From: Lama guanicoe
Taxonomy: Eukaryota
DNA: 64,000 bases
NCBI GenBank assembly: GCA_013239625.1
Contig: MU054187.1
Span: forward strand, 14,232,974 to 14,296,973
Direction: 5' to 3'
Shown here: in pieces, positions 1 through 10,619 of the stretch
Layout: each line of letters opens with the position of its first letter
Numbering within the stretch: position 1 is the stretch's first letter
Program-made: the position numbers and the translations under genes
The notes under the pieces: generated by a model
The model's database searches: none
Seen by the model: only the letters and a program-made list of their open reading frames with translations
Told to the model about the DNA's origin: nothing

Positions 1-1149
1 AATATGGTTTCAGATCCCACAAAACTCCTGAAACTGCTCTCAGCTTTTCGTTAAGCTGGATTCTAACCTTCCCTAGCTCCTCTGGTTAAGAAACCAACTC
101 AAATTAGATGTGCCTTATACTAGCCCCACCACTTAGTTGGGTGGTTCCAGGGTCAGGAAAGTTGGCCCCTCAGCTTAAAAAAAATGGGGGTAGTAGTGCA
201 TTTACCTAATAGACTAGGCAGCACTTTAAAAAATAACACAAAGGATTTAAAGGGAAAGTCTGGGGCCCATCCCAAAACCAATTAAGAATTCAGTTCTGGG
301 GTTGCACTCAAAGTGAAGAGCCACCCACCCAGGATTACGTGGGATTAAGTGTACATGTGATCAAATGTTTATTATTAAATGGTCTGTTTTGAATTCTGCT
401 AAACCCTCCTCTTGGCTTTTACCACCACCTCTCCCCTATCCCACTCTCTACCACCAGGTGCCCAAATTCTACCTCCTCTGTGAAACTTCAAATCCTCACA
501 GTAGGAACAATCTCCTATATTCCTCTAACATGTTTTCATGAACTACTATCCCTACACAATAAAACTTATTTTTTCCTGAGTAGAATATAATTTTTCCCAG
601 AAAAAAAATACATGTGTATGTGTGTATATATATTCTAGCCTCTACACCTCCTCTTACCATTCTCTACCCAAACACCCAAGGACTAAAATGTGTTAACACT
701 GGAGATGGAATAGCTACTGCCTTTGAAATGCTTGATTCATTTAATCAACAAAGCAAAGGGCCTACAATGTACCAGGCATTGTTCTGTTAAAATAAAGAAA
801 GCTAAGACTCAAGCCTGACAGTGGCTGTGAAAGTATATTCAAACCCTTGAGTGGCTGTGAAAAGCAACAGATAACAAGTAAACGGAACAATTAGTTCATA
901 CAGTAACTGATGCTATGGGAAAAACAAGGTTATTTGGAGAAATGTGTCAGAGATCTCTTTTTCCAGAATGAAAAAGCCAAGTACAGACCTCAGGGCTGAA
1001 TATTCCAGACTCAAGATTCCAAGTGCCAAGACCTTACACTGGAAGCTTGCCATTTTTGAGGAACAAGAAAAAATACAGCTGGGAGCCATAAAGATCAAAG
1101 AATGACCCTCTCAAATATCTCTCTGCCTTAATTTCTAGAATTTGTGACC

Positions 1150-1545
1150 ATGCTATACCTCTGTACACTTTGCAGATGTACTTACATTAAGGAATCTGAG
1201 ATGGGGAATTATCCTGGATTATCTGGGTGGCCCAACAAAAGCACAAGAGTCCGTGTAAGAGGCAGGCAGGAGGATCAGAGCCAGAGAGATGATGGAAGGA
1301 TGGAAATAGAGATTACACTCTGAAGATGGACGAAGGGGACACAAGCCAAGAAAACTTCTAGAAGCTGGAAAAGGCAAGGAAACAGATCATCCCCTGGAGA
1401 CTTCGAAAGGCAGACAGGCCTGCTGACCCCTTAAGTTAGCCCAGTGAAACTGATTTTGAACTTCCAACCCCCCAAACTATTAGGAGTTTGTATTTTAAGT
1501 CATGTAGGTTTCTGGTAATTTGTTACAGCAGCAATAGGAAAACAC
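1150..1545 (+). mobile_element. MaLR solo LTR remnant (MLT1D-like)
   Basis: Diagnostic phrases gagatgggga-ttatcctggattatctgggtggccc, ctagaagctggaaaaggcaaggaaacagat and gtaatttgttacagcagcaatagg. Confidence 0.8.
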
Positions 1546-1874
1546 TTAGCACCTACTGTGTCATATGTCAGGTACTGGGTAGAAAAAAAAAAGGCCTGCC
1601 TTACAAAGTTCACTGCCCAAGAGAAGAGAGGCTCGCGTATGAGAGCAATGTTTTGGCTGGTTTGATACCAAATCTGTAAAGAAAAACAGGAGGGGGCCAG
1701 AAAGTTGTCAGTCTCCTGTGGAAGTGGTCCCCAATGACACCTTAAGAGGCTGTGACATCTTAGACATCCTTGTAGCAGTTGTGCTAAGTCTGTCTTGTCC
1801 ATTAGACCTACACACGAAAGCAGACTACCTGCACCTGTACACCCGTCTAAGTGCTCAAGTTACAGAGCAAACAG

Positions 1875-2080
1875 TATTTACTTAGCACTTTGGGCCAGGC
1901 ACCGCCCTAAGCACTTCACGTGACCTGACATATTTAATCTTTATCAAGACTCTATGAAATTAGGTACCATTATTTCCCCCATTTTGCTGATTAAAGAAAC
2001 AGATGAAGAAATTTAATGGCCCAAACTATTAAATGGAAGCTGGATATGAATTCAAGCAGTTTGGCTCCAGAGCCAGCACT
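1875..2080 (-). mobile_element. MIR SINE remnant
   Basis: ccaggcac..ctaagcactt..atttaatct..cccattttg..ggctccagagcc core. Confidence 0.7.
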
Positions 2081-2719
2081 TAGTCCTGCTTACCACAAAG
2101 GAACTTCAAAGGTAAGCCCAGACACCACTGAAGGCCAGTGAGTGCAACAGACAACTAAACTTGGAGACCAGGAGAGCTAAGGGGGAGACCTAGTAAGGAT
2201 GGAACTTCGAAAGATGCAGATTTCCATTGGAGAGGTCGGTTAGCCTTCTAGACCCTTGTAAAGTGACAGCACTTTTAGAAGGTGAGTTTTTTAAGTAAAA
2301 TAAGGTCTTAAGTTGCATTTCAACAGGTTCACAAAATATTCTCATACCTATTTTTAGTTCTCACCATCCTGTGAAGGTAGATTATTCCACTTTACTCCCT
2401 AGGAATTTGACAGCCATTAATTGCTACCTGACAGCATGCTTTTTTACATTTATCCCCACTGCTTTAGAGCTCTCTACCCTAATCCCAGATACCCCTCCTC
2501 AACTCTCTTACATGTCCCCATCCTCTGGTTCTCTGTGCCCATTTGGAAACTATGTGGACAAAGTTGAATTTCCAGGGCTGAAACCAAATGCCTGCAGAGG
2601 ATACATACAGCCCAAACACTTGCTTCTTTATCCTATATACACCTACAGAATCTTCTATCCATCACCAGCTTCAAGAACTCTACTTCCGGTGATTGAATGA
2701 ATTAATGTGTCAATTCACA

Positions 2720-2860
2720 GACTGCAACAATTGTGTCACTTAATGTTGATAGTAGGGGAGACTGTGGCTGTTCGGGGACAGGAGAGTATATGAGAACGCT
2801 GTAGTTTCCACTCAAAACTTTGCTTGAACCTTAAACTGCTCTAAAACCTAATTAAAAAAA
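2720..2860 (+). mobile_element. Old L1M 3' end fragment
   Basis: gttgatagtaggggagactg...tgaaccttaaactgctctaaaa followed by an A tail. Confidence 0.6.
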
Positions 2861-4134
2861 ACAGCATTGTTAAATACCACCATCATATATATACAATGTC
2901 ATTTCTATTACTTCCCCAAATCCTCCATTTAGTGCCTCCCCCACCCACACACGCCTAGGTAGTAGCACTATGCCACCTGTATGACGTCATTACAGTAATC
3001 AGGTATTTTCTTCCGAGCCACTTCTACTTTTCAGGATACTGAGTGTACAAAAACTGGGGACTGTACTCTGTATTTACCTACCAAAGCAGTAAAACAAAAC
3101 AGGTCACTTCAAACTTAAGACTTTCAGGCTCCACCTAGAAGTTAATGTACAATTTTTTAAATACACTGATCCAACTGTTTACCAAAGCATTACATTTCTT
3201 GCAAAACACTGGCACACTCCTGTATACATGTTAACACTTTTACAAATAACCTTCTTGATTTCCCTCCAGGATCTGTTGACCCTAAACTCACTAATGCAGA
3301 GAAACAGACTTTGAGACCCAAGAATTTAACAAATTCTTAAATATATTTGTTCAACAACTTTCAAATACTAAAAAGTAATGATCCTGGTGCAATAGTGTCA
3401 AGAGACGAGGGCATCTGCTTCCTACTGCATCATACCCTTGGCACAATGAATGACAACCGCAAATTTCACTGTTATCATATGTACTTCAGGTTACACTCTA
3501 CACTTAAAACCTCTGGTTTACTAGTCTAGGTGGGATCATCCATAAAAATACAGAGGAACGTTATTTATAAAATGCCAACTCTCCCTTTCAAGTTTTTGCT
3601 CACTAGTTTCATTAGGAATACTTCAGATGTTCCAAAAGACATTGTATCCGTGGGCACAAATTTCAGTTTTTTCCTTCATGATGTACACAATATGTAATGG
3701 AATTACTAAAAATTCACCTAAATATGGGTAGACGATGCAAAACAAGAACATAAAAGTAAAATGCAGAAAGAAAATGATACACTTATAGGCTACTTTATAG
3801 GCAAGCCAAAGCCGGAGAAAATGGAATTTCAGCAACATAATTTTATTCACAAACTGAACCTTTATCACCTTACCTATAAATTATGCACAAAGGGCTGTGA
3901 AATTGGCTTTCTTAGAATCGACCCATTTTGGCCAACTCACAATTCAAAAGTGAAAAGTTAGGATCTTTTTGTACAGACAAGTCTTTAATAAACCCAAGGA
4001 ATGGTTTTCATAAGACGCAAACTGGACCCTAAATTTTGCATGCAACAAGCTGTTGATCTGCCTTAATTTTGTCACACCGAGATTTGCCACGATAGTTAAG
4101 GGACAGCAGAGAAAAGGTATCAGTCACCAACATT

Positions 4135-4201
4135 TCAGTTTGAAAGCAGTCACTGTTTATTAATTAACTGACCAGATTACAAAAACAATCATGGTAGATA
4201 C
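4135..4201 (-). other. RPL7: RPL7 non-coding last exon (3' UTR) with AATAAA at 4161-4156
   Basis: Long T tract and cag acceptor at 4202-4220 (minus strand), AATAAA about 40 nt in. The 3' end is approximate. Confidence 0.85.
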
Positions 4202-4486
4202 CTGAAAAGAAAAAAAAAAACCCATTAAAAGAAACTCCTTAAAAACTAAGAATTAACATAAATCAGGAAGTTACAGAAGTACCCATTCAGTTTCCATTTT
4301 TAAGTAGAAAAAAAAATTTTTCTTCCTGCCACAAATGTCCCCAGGAGAAACCAAACCAACTGCAATCATAAGATGGTTGTTTTCTCCCTCTAAAATACTG
4401 CTTAGAACTCAACCAAACTCTTATTGGCATTTAAGGTACTTCACTCCACTATTAAGTGAACTTCTCTCAGGAGGTAGTTGCTCACC

Positions 4487-4705
<219 letters not shown>

Positions 4706-4742
4706 TCAAGGTTATTAAAGTTATTAAATTTTTGGAGACTTA

Positions 4743-4967
<225 letters not shown>

Positions 4968-5044
4968 TCAAAGACTATCAAAACACCTAAAGTTCATCTT
5001 GCTAATGTAGCCAATTTACCAAACAGAAGTCAAAAGGATACCTA

Positions 5045-5215
<171 letters not shown>

Positions 5216-5703
5216 TTATCAGCATTTTTACTTATTAAAGAAGGAAACTAACCGTTGTAATTTTGGGCAACAGGAGTCCGACCGAATAGGAATCCTCTCC
5301 TGTTACTGAGACCAATTTTCCCTTTAGTTATATTCTATCACCTCTCCCAACTTGCCTCTCCTGTAAGTAAACTGTCTTCTGACACACACCTTTGACATTT
5401 AAAACTTTTCCTGACCCTCTTACTACTTCCTAGTATTATATACATTTGCTATAGCACTTCTAAGGCAACATTTTAACTACTTTTGAAGTTAATCCCCAGG
5501 ACACTGAACTCAAGTGTTCAGAGAATGGAGAGGCTTTGGGCACAGGGCTTACAACCATTAAAGTAACTCCCCTTTGTTCTAGTTATTCCCAAAATATCTT
5601 TATTCCAATGTTTCAGAACCAAGGCCTCAACAAGTAATGCAAACTTTTGCTGGGATCGTGTAGCTTTCTCTTTAAAATCAGAACGCAGTAAAAACTGAAC
5701 TCA

Positions 5704-5892
<189 letters not shown>

Positions 5893-6145
5893 TCATCTGC
5901 TTTTTAGCTCACAAACACAATTAGCAATACCACTTCTTTAAGAGAAAAACGCTTCCCTTGAAACTTGTTTTTCTCACCACAGCAAGCACTAACCTTCCAA
6001 GAGAAAGATACTACCTTCATTTGAAAAGGTTGTACTAAAACCAAGCTCACAGGTACAGCAGCTGAAGTAAGCAAGTCTTGTTCAGAACACCCACCTCATT
6101 TCAACTACAGGGCCCCTTCTTCTACGTCCCTTAAAATTTACTTAC

Positions 6146-6272
6146 CATCTTTTGGGCAAACTTCTTTCTCAGGCGCTTGATCTTAAGCTCTGCGAAATTC
6201 TTCCGCTTTTTCTTAAGGGTTTCTGGTACAGCAGGAACCTTCTTTTTCTTCTCTTTAGCAGGGACCACTTTC
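6146..6272 (-). CDS. RPL7: RPL7 coding exon 2 ([42 protein letters not shown])
   Basis: Translation matches the RPL7 basic N-terminal region, with donor ATG|gtaagt at 6146. The nearest in-frame AG acceptor is tttaag|G at 6272; the 5' boundary is inferred (see findings). Confidence 0.85.
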
Positions 6273-6809
6273 CTTAAACGAGTCAAAGATAATCACATTT
6301 TACCTATGATCAGTCCCGGGCTCCCACAACAAAAATATCAACAGCGAAGAGTACAGACTAAAAGACTGCTGCAACACACTGATCCCTAGACAATCAACGA
6401 GTCTGAGTCTAAGAGGCTTAAGAGTCTCGAAAACAAAACTTCAACTACCACCCTGGTTCAAGCCTCCAGCTCCACATGCTGTAAGCAAACGCCCGATGGC
6501 AAGGACGCCTGGGGCAAATGCCAGCCAATTCAGGGGTTCTGAGCCTCCCTTAAAAGAAGGTGGACTGGACAACCGGCCGGTCCCGCACAGACTCAACTCA
6601 CACCGTGTTGCCGTATCTCCAAAGCCTTTGCCCCAAGGCCGCCTGAATTCCATCTTAACCTGGGACTACCACTAGTGTCACAAAACGTCACAAACACACA
6701 GATAAGTTGGCAAAAGTACTGGCTATAGTGGGAGCGGGGGAAAGTGCAACAAAAAGCCTCTGGTTTCAGGGATGGAGAAGGATTCTTCAGAAGACGAAGA
6801 GAAACTTAC

Positions 6810-6823
6810 TCTGCACCCTCCAT
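6810..6823 (-). CDS. RPL7: 60S ribosomal protein L7 (uL30), coding exon 1 (M-E-G-A-E, phase 2)
   Basis: Minus strand reads ggaaccATG GAG GGT GCA GA|gtaagt. It follows a pyrimidine tract and has a consensus donor. Confidence 0.95.
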
Positions 6824-6833
6824 GGTTCCAGCC

Positions 6834-6846
6834 GGGAAAGAGGAAG
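6834..6846 (-). promoter_or_regulatory. 5'TOP / TCT-type initiator of RPL7 (CTTCCTCTTTCCC)
   Basis: 13-nt pyrimidine run just upstream of the RPL7 ATG, the hallmark of vertebrate ribosomal protein mRNAs. Confidence 0.88.
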
Positions 6847-6849
6847 TCG

Positions 6850-6859
6850 GCGCATGCGC
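6850..6859. promoter_or_regulatory. NRF1-type palindrome GCGCATGCGC at the RPL7 TSS
   Basis: Perfect palindromic match; occupancy not testable here. Confidence 0.6.
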
Positions 6860-7180
6860 GCTGTCCACTTAAAGACGGCTAGCGTGAAGCCCCACGACTT
6901 ATAGGTGTCCCGGGATAAGCCAGAAAAGAACTCAGAACTGAGAACTAGCCTTGCAGATGCAGAGTTAAGAACTGCCTGATTCAGCCTCTTACGATCAAGT
7001 TTCGGGTAAAATTTGTATCACAAAAATGAGTACATTGGTTAGACTCTTTAATCAATATGATGAAAGCAAAGAGTGCTGACGCCTTGACTATTCGGGGTCC
7101 TAATCCCTTGGCTGCGTTGACAGCGTAGGGCTCGAATTCTACCCAGTGATATAGGCAAGTAACACGCCGCTGGGGCGCGA

Positions 7181-7200
7181 ACTACAAATCCCGGCATGCA
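7181..7200 (+). promoter_or_regulatory. ZNF143/THAP11-type motif ACTACAAATCCCGGCATGCA
   Basis: Close match to the ACTACAnnTCCCAnnATGC motif typical of bidirectional promoters, located between the two TSSs. Confidence 0.7.
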
Positions 7201-7771
7201 TCACTTTCCTTGCCCGCCTGGCGGGAGGGCAATTCTTGACCGGGGCTGTAGAGGACCACAGAGGTGGTAATTCCAGCCGGGGAAATTGAGAGCCTTTTGG
7301 CCCACGTCCCTACGGTTCTAAGTCGCTCCCGGATTTTGACCGCCTTCTCGGCTCTCTGCCAACCCTGGACGTAGACCGGCACGCCCGTTGCCGCGCTGCC
7401 GAGGTCCTTCTCCAGCCTGCAGGGCTGTCTTCCGCAGCGCCTGATCGCATGCGGGGCCACCCAGAGATCCCTGGTTAACGAAAGCGACGAGACAGGGACA
7501 AGCGAGGACCGGACGGCCGGACAAGGATGGCCGGGGCAATGCTGACCGTCCGGCCCGGCAGGCGGCGGCCGGGACACCCCACGGCGGGGGGCGTGAACCG
7601 CGAAGGGAGGTGCGAGAAGGCTGGAGGCTGCGGCCACGGCCATGTGAGAGGGGCTGCCCCGCCGCGGTTCGGCGGGCGGCGGGCGGGCGGGGGGCTGGGC
7701 CGGGGACCGGCGGCGGGCAGGGCCGAGCGGAGGGAGGGCCGATGCCGCCGCCGGCTCTTCCCGGTCGCGGG

Positions 7772-7779
7772 TTATATAG
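7772..7779 (+). promoter_or_regulatory. TATA-like box (TTATATAG) of RDH10; TSS inferred near 7800-7805
   Basis: Isolated AT patch within GC-rich DNA, downstream of GC boxes. Confidence 0.6.
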
Positions 7780-8488
7780 CGCGGAGTGTGGAGCCCGCTC
7801 AGAGGCGGCCGGGAGCGCTCCGACTTGCAAGCATCGCTGCGGAGCCCGGTGCCTGAGTGACAGCTTCGGGGAGTGCAGGGCACGGGGACACGAGACCCGG
7901 GAGGCAGCTGCAAGCCGTTGGGGAGCGCTCGCCTGCACCGAGCGAGTCGCCCCTTCCTGGCGTTCCCGCTGCCCCGCACCCCACTCTCCCACCCTTTCGC
8001 AACTTGGGTCAAGTTGACAACTCCCGCGGCGGCCGGCCGGCCCGTGCCGTCTCCGCTGCGCGCCCCTCCCCCGGGGTGAAAGGGAGCCGCCGCGCCGGCT
8101 CCGGGGACGCTCGGGCGGCAGCGGCTTGGCCATGAGAGCCGCGCACGCCTCCTAAGTCGCGGCTGTCACCGCCGCTGCATTGGGACCAGCCGGACGGGCG
8201 GGAGCTCCCGGACGGGCGGGCGGCCGCCGGCAGGAGGCGCCGAGCCGGGCGGCTTCGTGGAGGGCACAGCCCGGGGCCACCGCGCCGAGCCCGGGCGGGA
8301 GTGGCCCCGCGCAAGCAGAGAGCGGCGGCGCGCACTCCAGCCCGGCGGGCACCTCGGGGGCGGGCGCGGGGCGCAGCCTGCTCATCCCGGCCGCTCTGAC
8401 AAGCGCCCCGGGGCCGGGAGCCCGGCTGCGCGGCGCGGGGTGGGCGCGGACGCGGGCGCTGGGCTCGTGCGGGGCCCCGGCCGTCGCG

Positions 8489-8777
8489 ATGAACATCGTG
8501 GTGGAGTTCTTCGTGGTCACTTTCAAAGTGCTCTGGGCGTTCGTCCTGGCCGCGGCGCGCTGGCTGGTGCGGCCCAAAGAGAAGAGCGTGGCGGGCCAGG
8601 TGTGCCTCATTACGGGCGCCGGCAGCGGCCTGGGCCGCCTCTTCGCGCTCGAGTTCGCCCGGCGCCGGGCGCTGCTGGTGCTCTGGGACATCAACACTCA
8701 GAGCAACGAGGAGACGGCGGGCATGGTGCGCCACATCTACCGCGACCTGGAGGCAGCGGACGCCGCGGCGCTGCAAG
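8489..8777 (+). CDS. RDH10: Retinol dehydrogenase 10 (SDR16C family), coding exon 1
   Basis: [27 protein letters not shown] hydrophobic N-terminus, Rossmann motif TGAGSGLG, donor CAAG|gtaacc, 289 nt. Confidence 0.97.
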
Positions 8778-10383
8778 GTAACCGGACCTGCGCTCGAGCA
8801 TTGTTGGGTCAAGCCTCTTCCCACCCCCGCGCCCTACCCAAGAGGGCCTCGAAACCCCACTGTCATAGGCAGACCTGCTCTCGAAGAAGAGCATCCCCCC
8901 ACCCCCAGGGCGGTCTTCTGCGAGTGGAATTTGCCCCCTGATAAAGGAACATGATCACCTCTGTATTAGAAGGGAGAAAGTATGCCAAAGCCTTGTCTTA
9001 GCGGAGCTCCTGTCCCTTTGGGGACGACTGTGAGGTTTTCTAAGCCCTCTGAGGCTAAGCAAGTCCAGGGAACTTGTTACTACAGATCTGAATCCTAAAG
9101 AAATGCCTCAGTCTGGTTTGCGATGGAAAACTAGAGTCTTTGGGAAGTTGTTCTCAGACTCGACTGATGCATGTGTGTATGTCATTGCGGTCTCAACCTC
9201 CGAGATGAGGGCAGCATTGATGATTTCACTATAACTTTAGTCAGGAGGAAATAATTACATTGTTTCACCAGAGATAAGTCAGTACTTTAGTTACATACTC
9301 GGACTGATTGAAAGATACCCTGTCTCTTAAGGGAAAACGGTCGAAGGATTTAAGCCTTATTGTAAAATTTATTCCATGCGTGGGGTAACCTTAGGAAATC
9401 TGCATTTTTGTATATTTATTAACTAACCTAAATCTGACACTTTTTAAAGAAAAGGCCATAGTGGAGACCGTAAGTAACCATAAGTATTGGTCCGGGAGAT
9501 TTGATAGTGGCTCTTGATTTTTGACAATTTTTCATTTCCAGAGAAAACATTGAACTCTACCAGGAAGATTAGCTTGGGTACCACTCCACCCTCATATTGA
9601 TCGTTTGTCACCAAAATGTTTGGCACCTGCCTTTTAAGTCAGAAAATCAAAGGTCAAAAACGGTAGCAAATACAGATTTTTGTGCTCCCTGACAAGAAAG
9701 AACTGTATTCCAGGGAAGAGATTTGGATTTTTTAATTGAGTTCTTATGTGGTAAAACTGCATATTTACCTGTAAACTTGATTTATGTGAGGGTGCTTCTT
9801 AGGGGAGTTTAGCTACTCCAGTTGGAATAAACCACTGTGACCCCCACTTTTTCATGAGAAACTTGAGGTTCATTTCTTGGCTTTGGATGAGTTCAGGTTA
9901 TTAATTACAATTTTGATTTGTGAGCCTAGAGGTGAGTTTCCATTTTCAGAGTGCCTATACTAAAGAGTAAAGAGCCGGCTTCTGGCCACTGTTCCCACCC
10001 AAAAAGAAGTGTGTGGTGTGTGTGTTTGGGAGGAGGGGGTGTTACTCTCTGGGCTGAGATCAGTTCATTCCAGGTGTCTTTAGCTCCAGGAAGCCAATCC
10101 CATGAGGTCTGACTTGTATTGGGCTTGTCACAATTACATGATTTTCCCCTAAGCAAAGTTATTCAGTAAATTACTGTAATTCCCAAAGACTTTTGGGGGA
10201 GGAAGGCAGCTGTAAGTTCAGTCATTGGCAAGCCTTAACTGTGTTAGAAATTTGAAGCTCACTGTAGTATTTTTGTTTTGTGTGATCTTTGTCCTCTTGA
10301 CAACCACGTGATTCACATTTTGCACTCCCTCCTCTTCTCTGTTCCATTTTTTTTTTCTCCTTCATCTGGACTTCTGAGGACAG

Positions 10384-10619
10384 CTGGGAATGGTGAGGAA
10401 GAAATTCTGCCCCACTGTAACTTGCAGGTTTTTACCTACACCTGTGATGTGGGGAAGAGGGAGAATGTCTACCTGACAGCAGAAAGAGTCCGCAAGGAGG
10501 TTGGCGAGGTCTCGGTTCTGGTCAATAATGCCGGCGTGGTGTCTGGGCATCACCTTCTGGAATGTCCTGATGAGCTCATTGAGAGAACCATGATGGTCAA
10601 TTGCCACGCACACTTCTGG
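10384..10619 (+). CDS. RDH10: RDH10 coding exon 2 ([11 protein letters not shown]...NNAG...HAHFW)
   Basis: Acceptor cag|CT, SDR NNAG motif, donor TGG|gtaaat, 236 nt. Confidence 0.97.

Larger units (their letters stand above)
7150..8900. promoter_or_regulatory. CpG island spanning the RDH10 promoter, leader and exon 1
   Basis: Very high GC and CpG density by eye, with multiple GGGCGG boxes. Boundaries approximate. Confidence 0.9.

Noticed and set aside
3855..3870. DR4-like element (minus strand AGGTGA-taaa-GGTTCA) downstream of RPL7
   Set aside because: Isolated motif with no supporting context; plausible by chance in 64 kb.
7182..8824. Long ORFs in the CpG island (7182..8012, 7318..8133, 8009..8824 on minus; 8257..8781 on plus)
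   Set aside because: Low-complexity Arg/Pro/Gly/Ala translations expected from stop-poor GC-rich DNA, or shadows of RDH10 exon 1; no recognisable domain.
8180..8941. 253-aa ORF as a stand-alone gene
   Set aside because: It is RDH10 exon 1 plus leader and read-through into intron 1; the coding part is 8489-8777.
10371..10383. Alternative GAG acceptor 5 nt upstream of RDH10 exon 2
   Set aside because: GAG is a disfavoured acceptor and would frameshift; the CAG gives the complete 341-aa frame.
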